Assembly: GCA_033442325.1 (NCBI GenBank)
Contig: JAWQFM010000015.1
Coordinates: 1,406,366 to 1,456,832 of the forward strand
Source of the DNA: Salpingoeca rosetta
Lineage: Eukaryota; Protista; Choanoflagellata
DNA length: 50,467 bases
Reading direction: 5' to 3'
Shown here piece after piece: positions 11,524-23,515 of this stretch (its first letter is position 1; every line of letters starts with the position of its first letter). The position numbers and the translations under genes were made by a program. The notes under the pieces were generated by a model. That model was not told the origin of the DNA. It was given only the letters and a program-made list of their open reading frames with translations, and ran no database searches.

Positions 11524-12548
11524 TTAGAAGGAGACAAAGTGGTGGCGCAGCGGGACGCTGGTGGCCTCCGACTCGTTGGTGCTGCGGGTGCCGTTCTCGA
11601 CGGCGTTGGCCAGGGCCGGCGGGCCGCACGTGTAGATGGAGATGGGGAGAGGATCAAACTGGTCGCGCAGGGCGGGCAGGATCTTCTCAAAGTTGGGCCG
11701 CTGGAAGTTGGTGGTGGCGCGCAGGCCCGTGAGCAGCGAGACCTTGCTGCCCTCAATGTGGTTGCGCTCAAACATGAACATGAGCGAGGTGCGGAGGTCG
11801 TAGTCGCGCTTGCCCTGCGTGATGTACACGTCGACGGTCAGCACGTCGTCCGGAATCTCGGCCTGCACCTCGCGGATCAGCTCAACCATCCACTCGTACT
11901 CCTTCTGCGTGCGCGTCACCCAGATAAAGTGGATGTGCCGCAGCGACACGTTCTGGTTGTTGTGGTACCTGTGTGTGTGTGTGTGTGTGTGGTGGGTGGG
12001 GGGGTGGGGGGAGAGGAGGAGGAGGAGGGAGGAGGAGGAGGAGGAGGAGGGAGGGAGGGAGGGAGGGAGGAGGGAGGAGGAGGNNNNNNNNNNNNNNNNN
12101 NNNNNNNNNNNNNNNNNNNNNNNNNNNNNNNNNNNNNNNNNNNNNNNNNNNNNNNNNNNNNNNNNNNNNNNNNNNNNNNNNNNCGATTTGTTTTGTTTCA
12201 TACATAAAACACACATTATAACGTCTTCTTTCTCTTTCTTTTCCCTCGTCGATGAATTATATATTTACCTCCCCCCCCCTTTTTTTCTTTTCTCTTCATT
12301 TTCACGCACTTGTTTGAGAGAATGTCCTAGTAGAGCAAACAATTTTATTTTTTTAAATAAAAAACAAACACTTCCCCAGGGAGGGGGGGGGGGGGGAACG
12401 CACATCCTATCTCAATTTATAGAATGTGTTTGTGCATGTACGCGTTCTTAACAGATAGTTACGGTGAGCAGGGTCGCATGCAGCCATATGGATGTGTGGA
12501 AAAGAGTGAGGGTGGGTGGGAGCCAGGGGGAGAGGGAGAGAGAGCCAG

Positions 12549-12603
<55 letters not shown>

Positions 12604-15600
12604 GAGAGGGAGAGGGAGAGAGAGCAGCGTGAGTTGGGGTGATGATGACGATGTGAACACGAGCAATCTGACGTGAATACAAGCAATCCAACCAAACACC
12701 ACCACCACCACCACACACATCACCCCACAGCAGCAACCAAAACACGCACAACCGCCACACACTCTCTTACCGCCAGGCAAGGTCCTGGAGAATGGAGGCG
12801 TACGGGGTGACGCCAATGCCACCACCAACAAAGACGGCCACGCTCGAGTTGAGCCAGTCCTGGTGAATCTCGCCAAAGGGGCCCTCGAGCTGCACGGTTG
12901 GGAGGTCGGCGCCCGTGGACTTGGCCTCGGCAAAGACCTGGCGAAGTTTGGTGGTCCAAGGGCCTGCGCTGCGAATGTGCACGGAGACAAAGTTCTCCTG
13001 TGGGGCCGAGGAGATGGTGAAGGGATGCCACTCGTACTTGGAGACGGCCGTGCACTTGAGGCGAAGCCACTGGCCAGACTGCATGGCCTCAAAGCCCGGG
13101 GGCTTGTCCATCTGCAGGCACAGCACGCCAGACGGGAGCAGCAGCGCTTCCTGCACGTTCAGGTCGTGGTGCGACCGAGACAGCGAAATCAGCTTGTCAA
13201 TGGCGAGCAGGACCAAAGGCCCTGTGGCGAAAAAGTAGGTAAATGGTTCTTGCACCAGCCTCGCCGCACCGTGGAGGTAGAGGAGGGCGAAGAAGAGGAC
13301 CCAGAGGTGGTGGACGCTCCAGAAGACTGCGAAGGAGCTTCTCCTGACGATTTGGAGGGAGAAGATGAACATGAAGATGCAGACGAGGGTGAGGAGGAAG
13401 CCGGAGAGGCCGGTGACGGTCTGGAAGACCCACCAGCCGAAATGGGGGAGGAAGTCCGAGGTCCAGAAGACCTGGCGGAAGAGGCAGCCGACGTCTGCGG
13501 CTGGCTGGGTGCTGATGTTGTAGAAGTTGATGACGTGGCCGATGAGGTGGACGCAGACGAAGAGGAAGCCCGTCTTTGCGGCGAGCTTGTGGAACTCGAT
13601 GGCCGAGTCGAGCGGGAGGACCTTGGCGACGAAGGTGCCGCGGAGGAAGGTGAGCGTGTTGCGGCAGAGCGGGAGGACGGCGAGGGAGAAGGTCCACATC
13701 ATGGCGGAGGCGCCGCCGCGGGTGGTGGCGACGCCGTACCCGGTGATGGCGCGCAGGCCGCCGTGCAGGCGGACAATCTCGTAGCGCCAGAAGCGCTCGT
13801 AGAAGATGAGGGCGGTGGAGACCATAAACGCCATAAACCAGAAGCAGTCGAGGCGGTTGGCCGCCACGTAGTCGGACCAGCGCAGCAGCCAGCCCTTGCG
13901 CTCCTGCACGTCGTCGCGCTCGTCGTCGTCCTCTGCCCCTGCTGCTGCATCGGCGGCGGCGGCGGCGTGGCGGTCCTTCTTGGGCTTGGCGCCGGGGAGG
14001 AGGCGGTCCAGGGCGTCCTGCAGGTGGGGCTGCTGGGCAATGTCCGAGACAAACTGCTCGCGGTTGACGCCCGTCTGCATGGCGTGCTCGCCAAAGATGG
14101 TCTTGAGGAGCGTGTCGGCCTGCTCGTCCGAGAGGTCGTCCAGGCCCGTGAGCGCGTACAGGGAGATGATAAACTCGCGCAGCTCGTCCAGGTCGAGCAT
14201 GCCGCTGTGGTCCTTGTCGTAAAAGTCAAACAGCAGCGAGGAGCGGCGCGTGGGGTCGCTCTCCGAGAAGGGCTTGAGCACCTGGATAATCTCAGACGCC
14301 GACAGGTACCCGTCGCCGTTGAAGTCGGCAAAGTTGAACAGGGAGATGACAAACTCGTGCTCCGAGGGCAGGCCAATGAGCCCGGCAAACTCAAACTGCG
14401 ACAGGCGCAGGTTGCGCAGCACGCGCTCGTGGTCCTGGTCGGTGGTGCCGGCGTCCTGCCCGCCGCCGTGGCGGCGCTGCGTGGCGCGGAAGTCCGGGTC
14501 CGAGTTGGCAAACACGCCGTTGAGCGCGTACTCAATCGCGTCGTTGATGCGCGTGCGCGCCGCCGTCGACTCGCGCGCGGACACCTCCAGAATGTCGTCG
14601 TCCGTGGCGTGCACCACGGCCTCAATCGGCGCGTGCGAGTCGTCCAGGCCCTGCTCCAGCTTCACCGTAAACTTGGCGCCGTTGAGCGCGTTGAAGATGA
14701 GCGACGTGCCCACGCCAGACTGGCACGACAGGTACACCGAGCGGTACAGCGGGCCCGTGTGGAACGCGCGCACGTCGTTCACGGGCACAGACTGCAGCAC
14801 CTCGCCGTCCCGGTTGTACACCACAACCGACGCGCCCACCTGGTCGCCGTCGCGCTCGTGGATCACACCGACGTAGACCACCTCCAGGTTGGTGTTGCTC
14901 AGGAACCCGTGCGAGCGGATGCGCGCCTTGAACAGGTGCCGCCGGTCGTCCGGCACAGACTCGTCGGGCATGTCCAGCTCCGCCAGCTCGTCGCGGATGG
15001 CCCTGTTGCCCTCGCGCACGGCCTCGGCGCCGGGGCGGTGGGATGAGCGGCGCGTGGACGCGGCCTGCTGCCGGATGGTGCCGGCCGTCTCCCGCAGGAG
15101 CTGGCGTTGCTTGCGTCCGCGGCGCACAAAGAAGATCATCAGTCCGAGGGCGAGCACGACGGTGCCACCGAGCCCGAGCGCCACCGTGAGTGGCAGGCTG
15201 CCAATGTCGTACGAGCTGTGTGATGTTGGAGAGAGGAGGAGGACGAGGGTTGGGGGTTTGTAGTGGTGGAGAGAGGAAACAGGTGGTTGCGTTTTGCATG
15301 GCATTGCATTGCATTGCAGTGTGTCATAGATGAGCGGATGAACGAACGAGAGAGGGTGTGACTGGTGCAACGCAACTGCAAGATTGGGTCGAGTCAACGA
15401 CAACAACTACAACGACTACAACGACAACAACTACGACAACAACGACACTGTGTCTCAATGCCACCCACCCTGCACACAAACAGAAACACCACCACCCACA
15501 ACCCACACACCCCTAACCCCCAAACACACACACACACACACACCGCTGAAAGTAGTCGTAGGTCTGCGGGTTGGTGCAAGGCTCCAAGTCCGTCTGGGAG

Positions 15601-17961
15601 AGCTGGCGGCCAGGCTCCGGCTCCGGCTGCGGGCAAGGGTCGCCGGCCTGGAAGAGGAACGGGTTGGCCGGGATGTCGTCCGTGGTGATGACGCCGCGCG
15701 AGTTGCGCACGATAATGTCGTGGATGGTCGTGTTGAAGATGAGCTCGCGCTCCTCGTCGGTGAACAGGCCGTTGAGCTCGTTCTCAAACCAGAAGCGGTC
15801 GCCGTCGCGGATGCGCAGGAACTGGTCCAGGATGATGGCGGAGAACAGCTCGCCGGGGCCGTCAAAGGCCTCCGACTCGAGCAGGCCGCCCGTCCAGATG
15901 TCAAAGTGCTCCAGCTCGTCGCCGTACACCTCGCGCGTGGCCGTGACCAGGTCCGCGCTCACGGGGAGGTCGGAAAAGTCCGTGATGGGCGCCAGGCCAA
16001 AGTGGATGCGGGCGTCGTTGTACGAGGGCAGGCCGTGGTCGCGCGCACGCTGGATGTTGATGGCCATGAGGTCGCGGCGCGTCGCCTCGAGCGGGCCAAA
16101 CACAAACCCGCGCAGATCCTCCGTGATGATGTTGTCCTCCCTCTCCGTCAGCTGCGACGTCATGCCCATGACCAGCTCCTCAAACGAGTTGTCGTACTCG
16201 TCGATAAACTCCTCCGGGCGGAAGTACGAGTTGCACGTGCGGATGGCGCGCGGGTAGCTCTTGGTGCCATCCCCGGCCGTCTCCTCGTAAAAGTCGCACG
16301 ACGCCGTGCGGCGGTGCACGCCCGGGGTGACAAACGTGTGGCCGATGCGCATGGCCGCCGACTGGAACACGTGCGAAATCTGCGGGTTGACGTAGTCCTT
16401 GTAGCCCGAGTAGGCAGAGTCGCCGTTGGCGTCCACCAGCTCGCTGTAGCGCGCGCTGCTGTTGTGCACCACGAGCGGCAGCCACTCGTACAGCGTCACC
16501 TTCTGGTGCATGGCAATGGTCCACTTGCGCGCCTCCAGGAACAGCTCCTCGTCCGTCCACGTCGGGTTCTCCGCCGCCAGCCTGTCGGCGTGGTAGTTGT
16601 GCTCGCGGAACCACAGAATGCCCATGGACAGCAGAAACGGGTTCTCGTTGGTGCGCGGGTTGCCCAGCAGGTACAGGCGCGCCGCAGACTGCAGCTTGCC
16701 GTAAAAGGGCGCGGGCGGGTTGGCCACGGGCAGGCCGAGCCAGTTGGTGTCCGGGAGGTGTTCCTCCACGCTGCTGGAGACGGCCAGCCCGCGCGCGCGC
16801 TTGCCGTCGGCCTTGGAGCGCAGGCGTCCGCCCTCAAACGAGCGGATCGAGTCTGCCCAGGGCTTGTTGGGCCCGTACATGAGCGTGCCGTCGATAAACG
16901 CGGAAATCTCCGTCAGCTGCTCGCGCGGCACAGAGGGCGCCCAGCCCGTGCGGTAGTTGAAGCGCGCGCGTGGCAGCGGGATGAACCCCTGCGTGTAGTT
17001 GGTGTAGAGTGAGTCGCCGTCGGGCAGCGGGATGTTCACGTACTCCGGCACGCACGGGTTGCGCTGCGCATCCAGAATCTCCTCCACAACCTGCTGGCCG
17101 TAGTGGGTCCAGAAGACGGTGCGCGGAATGTCGGGGATGATGCCCGTGTTGCCGGCCATCGTCGCCTCGGACACGGACCGCGGGTTCGGGCCGTCAGGGT
17201 TGGACGGCGCATACTGGCCATCCGCGTACTTGGGGGGCTGCACACGGTTGTAGTTGTTGTTTGGAACAGGTGGGGGTGGTTAAGTATTGGTGTTGGATGC
17301 GAGTGAAAGAGGGGGGGGGGGGGAAGTAAAGAGATAGTGTGGGGGACAAGATGGAGAAAGAGAGAGAGGGGGATGGATAATGAGGGCAACCACAGAGAGA
17401 GGGGGGAGAGATAATGAGGGCAACCACAGAGAGAAGGGGAGAGAGATAATGAGGGCAACCACACACACAGACACAGACAAAACATGGCACGAAAGAGACA
17501 TGGGCCCGCGAGAAACGATCACGTGAGAGGAAAAACAACAAAACACAAGTCAGCAGCAGCGCACACTCATGTGAACAAGGCATATACATAGTCCAATCAC
17601 ATGCAGCCACACAACAACAACGTCCACATCCACCACCACCACCACACCCCACCTCAACACACCATCATCTCACCCCCTTCCACCCACCACCGCCCCTACC
17701 CTCCCTCCCCCCTCCCCCACGCCACAACAACGACAAACGCACCAGGATACGGAGGAGGTTGGAGTCGGCGACACCCCACTCTGGGTGTGCGAGGTTGTTG
17801 TAGAAACCGTCCCATCCCTGGTACTCAACGGGGCGCGGGTGGTCGGGCAATTCCTCGGCCTCTGACACATATGGGCACTGCGCAGACGCCTTGAGGGCCA
17901 CGGCCAGCACGCACACGAGCGCCAGCATCACGCCGGCCTTCCCGTGCATGGCGGCACGCAT
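11524..17961 (-). CDS. DUOX: Dual oxidase (peroxidase-homology domain + TM + EF-hands + NOX ferric-reductase/FAD/NADPH domains), ~1600 aa
   Basis: Exons 17961-17743, 17237-15544, 15215-12771, 11968-11524 total 4803 nt with compatible phases. Signal peptide; DGFYNNLAHPEWG; GNPRTNENP; RRDLMAINIQRARDHGLPSYN; DQFLRIRDGDRFWFEN; TM helix; EF-hands DFNGDGYLSASE and DKDHSGMLDLDE; heme His pairs FHK...VHLIGH and FWSVHH...LHG; EWHPFTISS; EGPFG; GGGIGVTPYASIL; FIWVTR; CGPP. Confidence 0.97.
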
Positions 17962-20472
17962 CGCAAGTCAGAAAAAGGTGGGTGGACTGCACAAAAGAAA
18001 CAAAACAAAACCCGTGGGTAAACGAGATGGCCTGCAGTGGGTATGTTGTTCATTGTGTGTGTGTGTGTGTGTGTGTGTGAGTGTGAGAGTACGTGGATGC
18101 AGATGTGTGCGGAGGGAGGGTGTGGTGTGAGTAAAGCGAGCTCAAAGAGACACGAACAACAAGAGAAGAAAGAGAGGAGAAAGCCCACGAGGAGTAAGCC
18201 CACATCAAAAACAAAAGGCCATCCATCCACAACCACACAACCACCACCACCACCACCACCACCACCACCACCATATCCGTCCCTCGAGCGATCGCACCCC
18301 CCTTTCCCCCTCCTCCCCCCTCCTCCCCCCACACACAGCTCACCGTTGTCGAAAGGAGAAAAATGAAAACCAATGCCCGCTGTCGCGCACACACCCACTC
18401 GCCAAACAAACAAACAACGACAACCGGCACCACCACCACCACCATCGCTTGTTCTTCACCAGCCAGTTTTTTTTTCTTCTCCCTCTCTTCCTCTCCTCTG
18501 CTGCTGCTTTCTTTCTTTTCTGTTCCTCCTTTTCCCACTTCCCACCCCACTTTCGCCTACCCGACCAACCCCGCCAACCAACCACACCAACCGTGGCGGG
18601 CCCACCCTTTTTTCCAAATGCAGGCCAGCCAACCAGCATCTGCTTCACATCACCGCTTGCTTGCTGGTTTGTTTTGCATGCATGCTCCGGCGGTGGCGGG
18701 ACAGGTGCGTCGTCGTTGCTCTATTCCCTCAGTGCGTAAAACACTGCACCGTTGTTTTGGTTGCCGAGACACTCAGGGGTCGAATGCCAGGTGGTTGGCG
18801 GGACACATCGTTGCCGTTGAGCCTGGAAATGCCGAATTTCTGCGTATATTTTCAACTGATCTTCCGTAACCGCCACGAGAAATCACGCCATCTGCCAATC
18901 AGTGATAGGTTGGGACGGAAGGCGGTTGTCCTCGCAAGTGTCGTCGTGCGTTGGACAGCAGCGTAATGCACCGTATGCGTGGCGTTTCGGGCAGAAGATT
19001 GCACATGGCGCGCGTGCGGGCGTTCGCAGGCCGGGACAAAAGGACGCCTTGCTGGCGTTTGCGTCTCCGTTGTTGCCGTTATGCGTTGAGGCACGCACTT
19101 TGAACAACAACTTGGACCAGCAACCAGCAACCCTAACCCACAGCGCAGCACAGCAACTATCCACCAACACCAAGCAAGCAACGGCAGACGGGGGAAAAAA
19201 CCAACCAAAACTCACCCCACCCCCTCCTCTCTTTATCGTTCCTCGCTGACTGACTGTGTCAGGTGTGTGTGTGCTGTCTTTGCACTGCTTGCCTTGCTTG
19301 CTTGCTTGCCTGCATTCGTTCGTTTTTTTGGTTCTTGTGGAAAAGGTGGGGCCTTCAGGCGCAGATTTTTTTTCCCCTGCCTCTGAGACGGCTGCTCTCT
19401 GTTGTTGTCGATTCTCCAACCTGGCACCCTCCCCCCTTCATCTTGCGAGGTGCGTGCGCGATGGCGATCATGGCCATGCTGTTGCAGGACGCTGGGTGGT
19501 GGTGGTGGTGGTGGTGATCGAGGTGGTGGTGATGGTGATGGTAATCGAGGTGACGGGCCATGGGAGATGCAATGAGGGCGCGTGCAAGCAAGCAAGCAAG
19601 CAAGACCTTATCCCTATCCCTCCCTATCCCTCCTCTCTCTCTCTTCTCTCTTTTCTCTCCGTTGCCGTCCTCCTCCTCCTCCTCCTCCCTCCCACCTGAT
19701 CGTCGTCAGCCTCCTCATGTGTCCTTTTGCTCCCGCACCCCCTCAGTCCTCTCTTACCGCTCTTGCTGCTGTTGTGTTGTTTGTGTTGTTGTGTTGCGTT
19801 CTTCCCCTCCCCTCCCTCTCCACCTCCTCCATCCACCGGCTTCCCACCCTCTCTTGCAACTCATTTGCTTTGCTTTGCTTTGCGTCCAAGCAAGCATCCA
19901 CCCACCCCTAAACACACACACACACCAACCCGATTGATTCCTTGCCGACCACACCCTTGTTCTGAAGTCTTCACCTTCATCCCACTCACCTCACTCACCC
20001 CACTCTCACCCACCCCACCCACCCCACTCTCACTCACTTGCCCGCACACAACCAACAACCGTCGCCTCGCTTCCATTCTCTCCAATCCCCCCTCACTCCC
20101 ACAAACACACAGCGGTGCGTCATCTTGTGTCTGCCTTGCCCTCTGTTGTTGTTGTTGTTGTGGAACCGTTGCATGGCCATGATGCTTGCCTGTCTGCGCA
20201 CATGTGATGCCACCCGTGTCCGTGCGTCCATGCTTCCTTCCTTGCTTCCTTCCATGCTTCCATGCTCGCTTGTTTGAATCCCTTGGATCCCTCTCCCCAC
20301 TTCCTCTCCCCACCGTCCCTCACTCCCAAACGCTCACCTTCCCCCATCCCTTCCTCAACACAATCACCACCACCACCACACACAACACATCGCTTCGCGT
20401 CGCTTCAAACAGCCTTGATCCCCTCCTCCTCCTCTTCCTCTTTCCCCTCTTTGTAGCTCCACTGCTGCCGCC
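17962..20472. promoter_or_regulatory. Shared divergent (putative bidirectional) promoter and 5'UTR region of DUOX/DUOXA
   Basis: 2.5 kb between opposed ATGs with no credible gene. Candidate DUOX 5'UTR intron 18343-18032 (GTGAGC...CTGCAG on the minus strand). Candidate DUOXA 5'UTR splice sites (GTGCGT at 19450; TTGTAG ending 20456). A repeat-poor core near 18780-19100 has a CCAAT at 18895. TSSs cannot be determined. Confidence 0.55.
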
Positions 20473-21599
20473 ATGGGAAACAAAGAGAGCGGGCTTCGCA
20501 CCCCGCCAGCCCAGTCCAGGTCTGCTGTCGCGCGTGCTTGTGTATGTGTGTCTGTGTGTGTTGTTATTTGTTGCTTGTTGTTGTTCTTGCTGTTGTTTGT
20601 TCTTGTTGTTATTTGTTGTTGTTTCCCTTGTTTCGTGCGAGGGTGGTGGTGTGGGTTGTAGGTCATGACATTCATCCACAACAACACAACAACAACAACA
20701 CAACACGGCATCCCGCGTGACACACTTCCCTCAACACCTCACCATCTTCCCTCCACCATCTTCTCTCCAACAAACACCCCACCAACCCACCAACCCCCCC
20801 AACCCCACACACACACACACACCAAACCCCCATACCCCCCGCCCCTCGTCACAGGTTCGGCCCCTGGTTCTATGAGACGAACGAGCACGGCCTCGGCGAC
20901 GTGCCCTTCATGGGCATCCTCTCCTTCTTCGTCTCCTTTGCCATCATCCAGTTTGTCCTGAGCTTCGGCCTCATCTCCCAGGCCGTCAACATCAGAGACA
21001 AAAAGGAGCGGCGCGAGTTTATCAAGCGCTCCGCCGTCCGCTTCTGCGCCATGTTCTTCATGATCTTCGTCGGCTGGGCCATCCTCGGCTCCAGCTTTGC
21101 ATACACGTGGAAACAGGACTACCTCGAGGGCGAGATGCCCTACAAGGCCTTCAGCAACGAACACATCCACGCGCGCGTCGGCGTCCATGTTGGTCTCCGC
21201 GGTCTCAACATCACCCTCGTCGGCCTCCCCAAGCGCCAGCACTGCCAGCTCATCCAGTGGAACGAGCAGTACCTCTGGTCCGAGGGCCAGAATGAGCTTG
21301 GCGGCTGGCTGCAGGGTCGCTTTGGCTTTGGTCCCTACGCCAACCTCCTCGCACAGCAGTTCCGCGCCGGCCAGATGCGTGGCACCCCGCTCCCCATCCT
21401 CGAGGTTCTCGAGTGGTTCACGTACGTTCCGCGCTTGTTTTTTTTTTTTTTTTTTTTTTTGGGGTGGGGGGTGTGTGTGTTGGTTGTGNNNNNNNNNNNN
21501 NNNNNNNNNNNNNNNNNNNNNNNNNNNNNNNNNNNNNNNNNNNNNNNNNNNNNNNNNNNNNNNNNNNNNNNNNNNNNNNNNNNNNNNNCCCACCCACCA

Positions 21600-21675
<76 letters not shown>

Positions 21676-23515
21676 CCTTCACTCACCAACGACGACGACA
21701 GGATTGACGGCGAGTTTATCCGCTGGAACCGCTGGTTCCGCGATGGCGGCTATTACTGCCACATCTTCCTCTGGTCAGTCAGTCAGTCAATCAGTCCTGC
21801 TGACAGGTTTTTCCCCGCATGCACGATGTTGTCGTGCTTACACTCCCTTTTTGCATGTGTTCAATGTATGCGTTTCTCTTGTCTCCCCGTTGCGACCCGC
21901 TTACGACAACCCACGACAACACCAACACCCACCACCATCAACAACAACCATCCACCACCACCCAACACTCACAACAACAACAACAACCCACAACCAGGCT
22001 GGCCTTTGTGTTCTGGGTGTTCACCATCATCGTCGCCTTCATCAACCCGGCCACCTCCTCCCTCTGGCTTGCCCTCACCGGATGCGCCATGTGGTGCGTC
22101 GAACATGCATCCCACACGTGCACGAACGTCGTGTTGGTCTTCATTCTCCCCCCCCCCCCTTGTTGTTGTATTCAACCCTACATCACATGGCTCGGTCCTC
22201 GTATGTTCTCACCCGAACATGTTCCCACCTTCACACGAACCTCTTGAATTCTCACTCACTCACTCAACCAACCAACCAACCACATGTACACCACACCACC
22301 GCCACCAACCACCAATCAACCACATACACACCACACCACCAACGACAACGACAACAGGTTCGGCGCTGCCGTGTACCATGGCCTAACGGAGAAGGCGGAG
22401 CCCGCGCTCAAGATTCCCTTTGACAACCGCTTCCTGGAGCCCAAGTTTGGCTGGGCCTTCCACCTCACCCTCGTCCTCGGCATCCTCGTCAACATCATTG
22501 GCCTCGCCCTGTACTACGGCTTCCGCTACTACGGCTTCCGCACTGACGCCTTCACCCTCTCCTCCAGCGAGAAGATCCGCGTGCACGCGCCCACGTCCAA
22601 GGCCGCGTCCGACGCCTACGAGGCCAAGCAGATGGAGCTCGCAGACGTCACCACGGAGAAGACTGCCGCCGGCGAGGAGGCGTAAGTCCCACCGCTCTGC
22701 TTTTGTTCTTGTGCTGTGTACGTGTGTACGTGTGTGTGCGCGTGCTTGCTCGCTCGCTCTGTCTGTGTGTGTGTGTGTGTTTGTGAGCAGGGAGTTGTTG
22801 TTTTTCGCCTTTCGTCTGCGTGCGTGCCACTGCACGCTTTCAGCTGACTTGCATTGACACCAACCTCTCTCCACTTACTTAACCCGCCTCCTCCTCCACC
22901 GGAACACCTTCCTTCACTAATCCTCCACCACCACCTCCTCCTCCTCGTTGTGTTCGTCTCAAACCCCCCCCCCACACACACACACACAGCGTGATCCAGG
23001 AGCCCGTGTACGATGCGGGCGCCTCCCGCCGCGGATTCCAGCAGCCGTCTGCCCGCCGCGTCACCTTTGGCCGCACCTACTCCGTCATGAACTCCGGCAC
23101 GTCCCGGCGCCGCTCCTTTGAGGAGCCATCCTTCATGGGCTCCGGCTTTGGGCGTCCCCGCCCCCGCCCATCGCAGCCCGAGCGCGGATCGCTTGGGCAG
23201 CCAAGCCTGCGCGCCCGCAGCTCCCGCCGTACCGTCAAGCACTTTGGTCGCTCTGGCCCCGGAAGCACCGCGGGCCCGCGCAGCGTCCGCTCGCCCCCGC
23301 GCCAGAAGGACACGTTTGAGGGCCTGGCCGGTATGCTGGACAACCTTGGCGGCAGCGGCGGCGATCTCGCACCGGTCGCAGAGGCGGAGGAGGTGCCCGA
23401 GGTGCACTCGTCCTCGTCCGACAACGACAACGACGACAACGGCCAGCCGCCCGTGGACCGCAACGCCAGCTACCACGAGTCGGTCACCGGCCGCACCAAC
23501 GAGACCTCCATCTAA
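20473..23515 (+). CDS. DUOXA: Dual oxidase maturation factor, ~543 aa with extended C-terminal tail
   Basis: Exons 20473-20519 (gccgccATGG), 20855-21421, 21702-21773, 21998-22093, 22358-22681, 22990-23515 total 1632 nt with consistent phases. DUOXA hallmarks: YKAFS, VGVHVGLRGLNITLVG (N-glycosylation site), WNEQYLW, RGTPLPILEVLEWF, W.R..R.GGYY, FGWAFHLTLVLG; five hydrophobic segments. Confidence 0.93.

Noticed and set aside
12184-12460. AT-rich block inside DUOX intron 3, or a hidden exon in the gap
   Set aside because: It abuts the gap. The flanking exons join in phase and give a continuous NOX domain (LAWR|YHNNQNVSLRHIHFIWV), so no exon is needed.
12863-17012. Long + strand ORFs of 727 aa and 542 aa
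   Set aside because: Antisense shadows of the GC3-rich DUOX exons; no independent motifs.
17377-17465. Three ~35-bp repeats (ataatgagggcaaccacagagag) in DUOX intron 1 as regulatory sites
   Set aside because: Consistent with an ordinary minisatellite; not seen elsewhere in the locus.
20473-20490. MGNKES N-myristoylation consensus on DUOXA
   Set aside because: The short motif is common by chance, and the DUOXA N-terminus is expected to be non-cytosolic.
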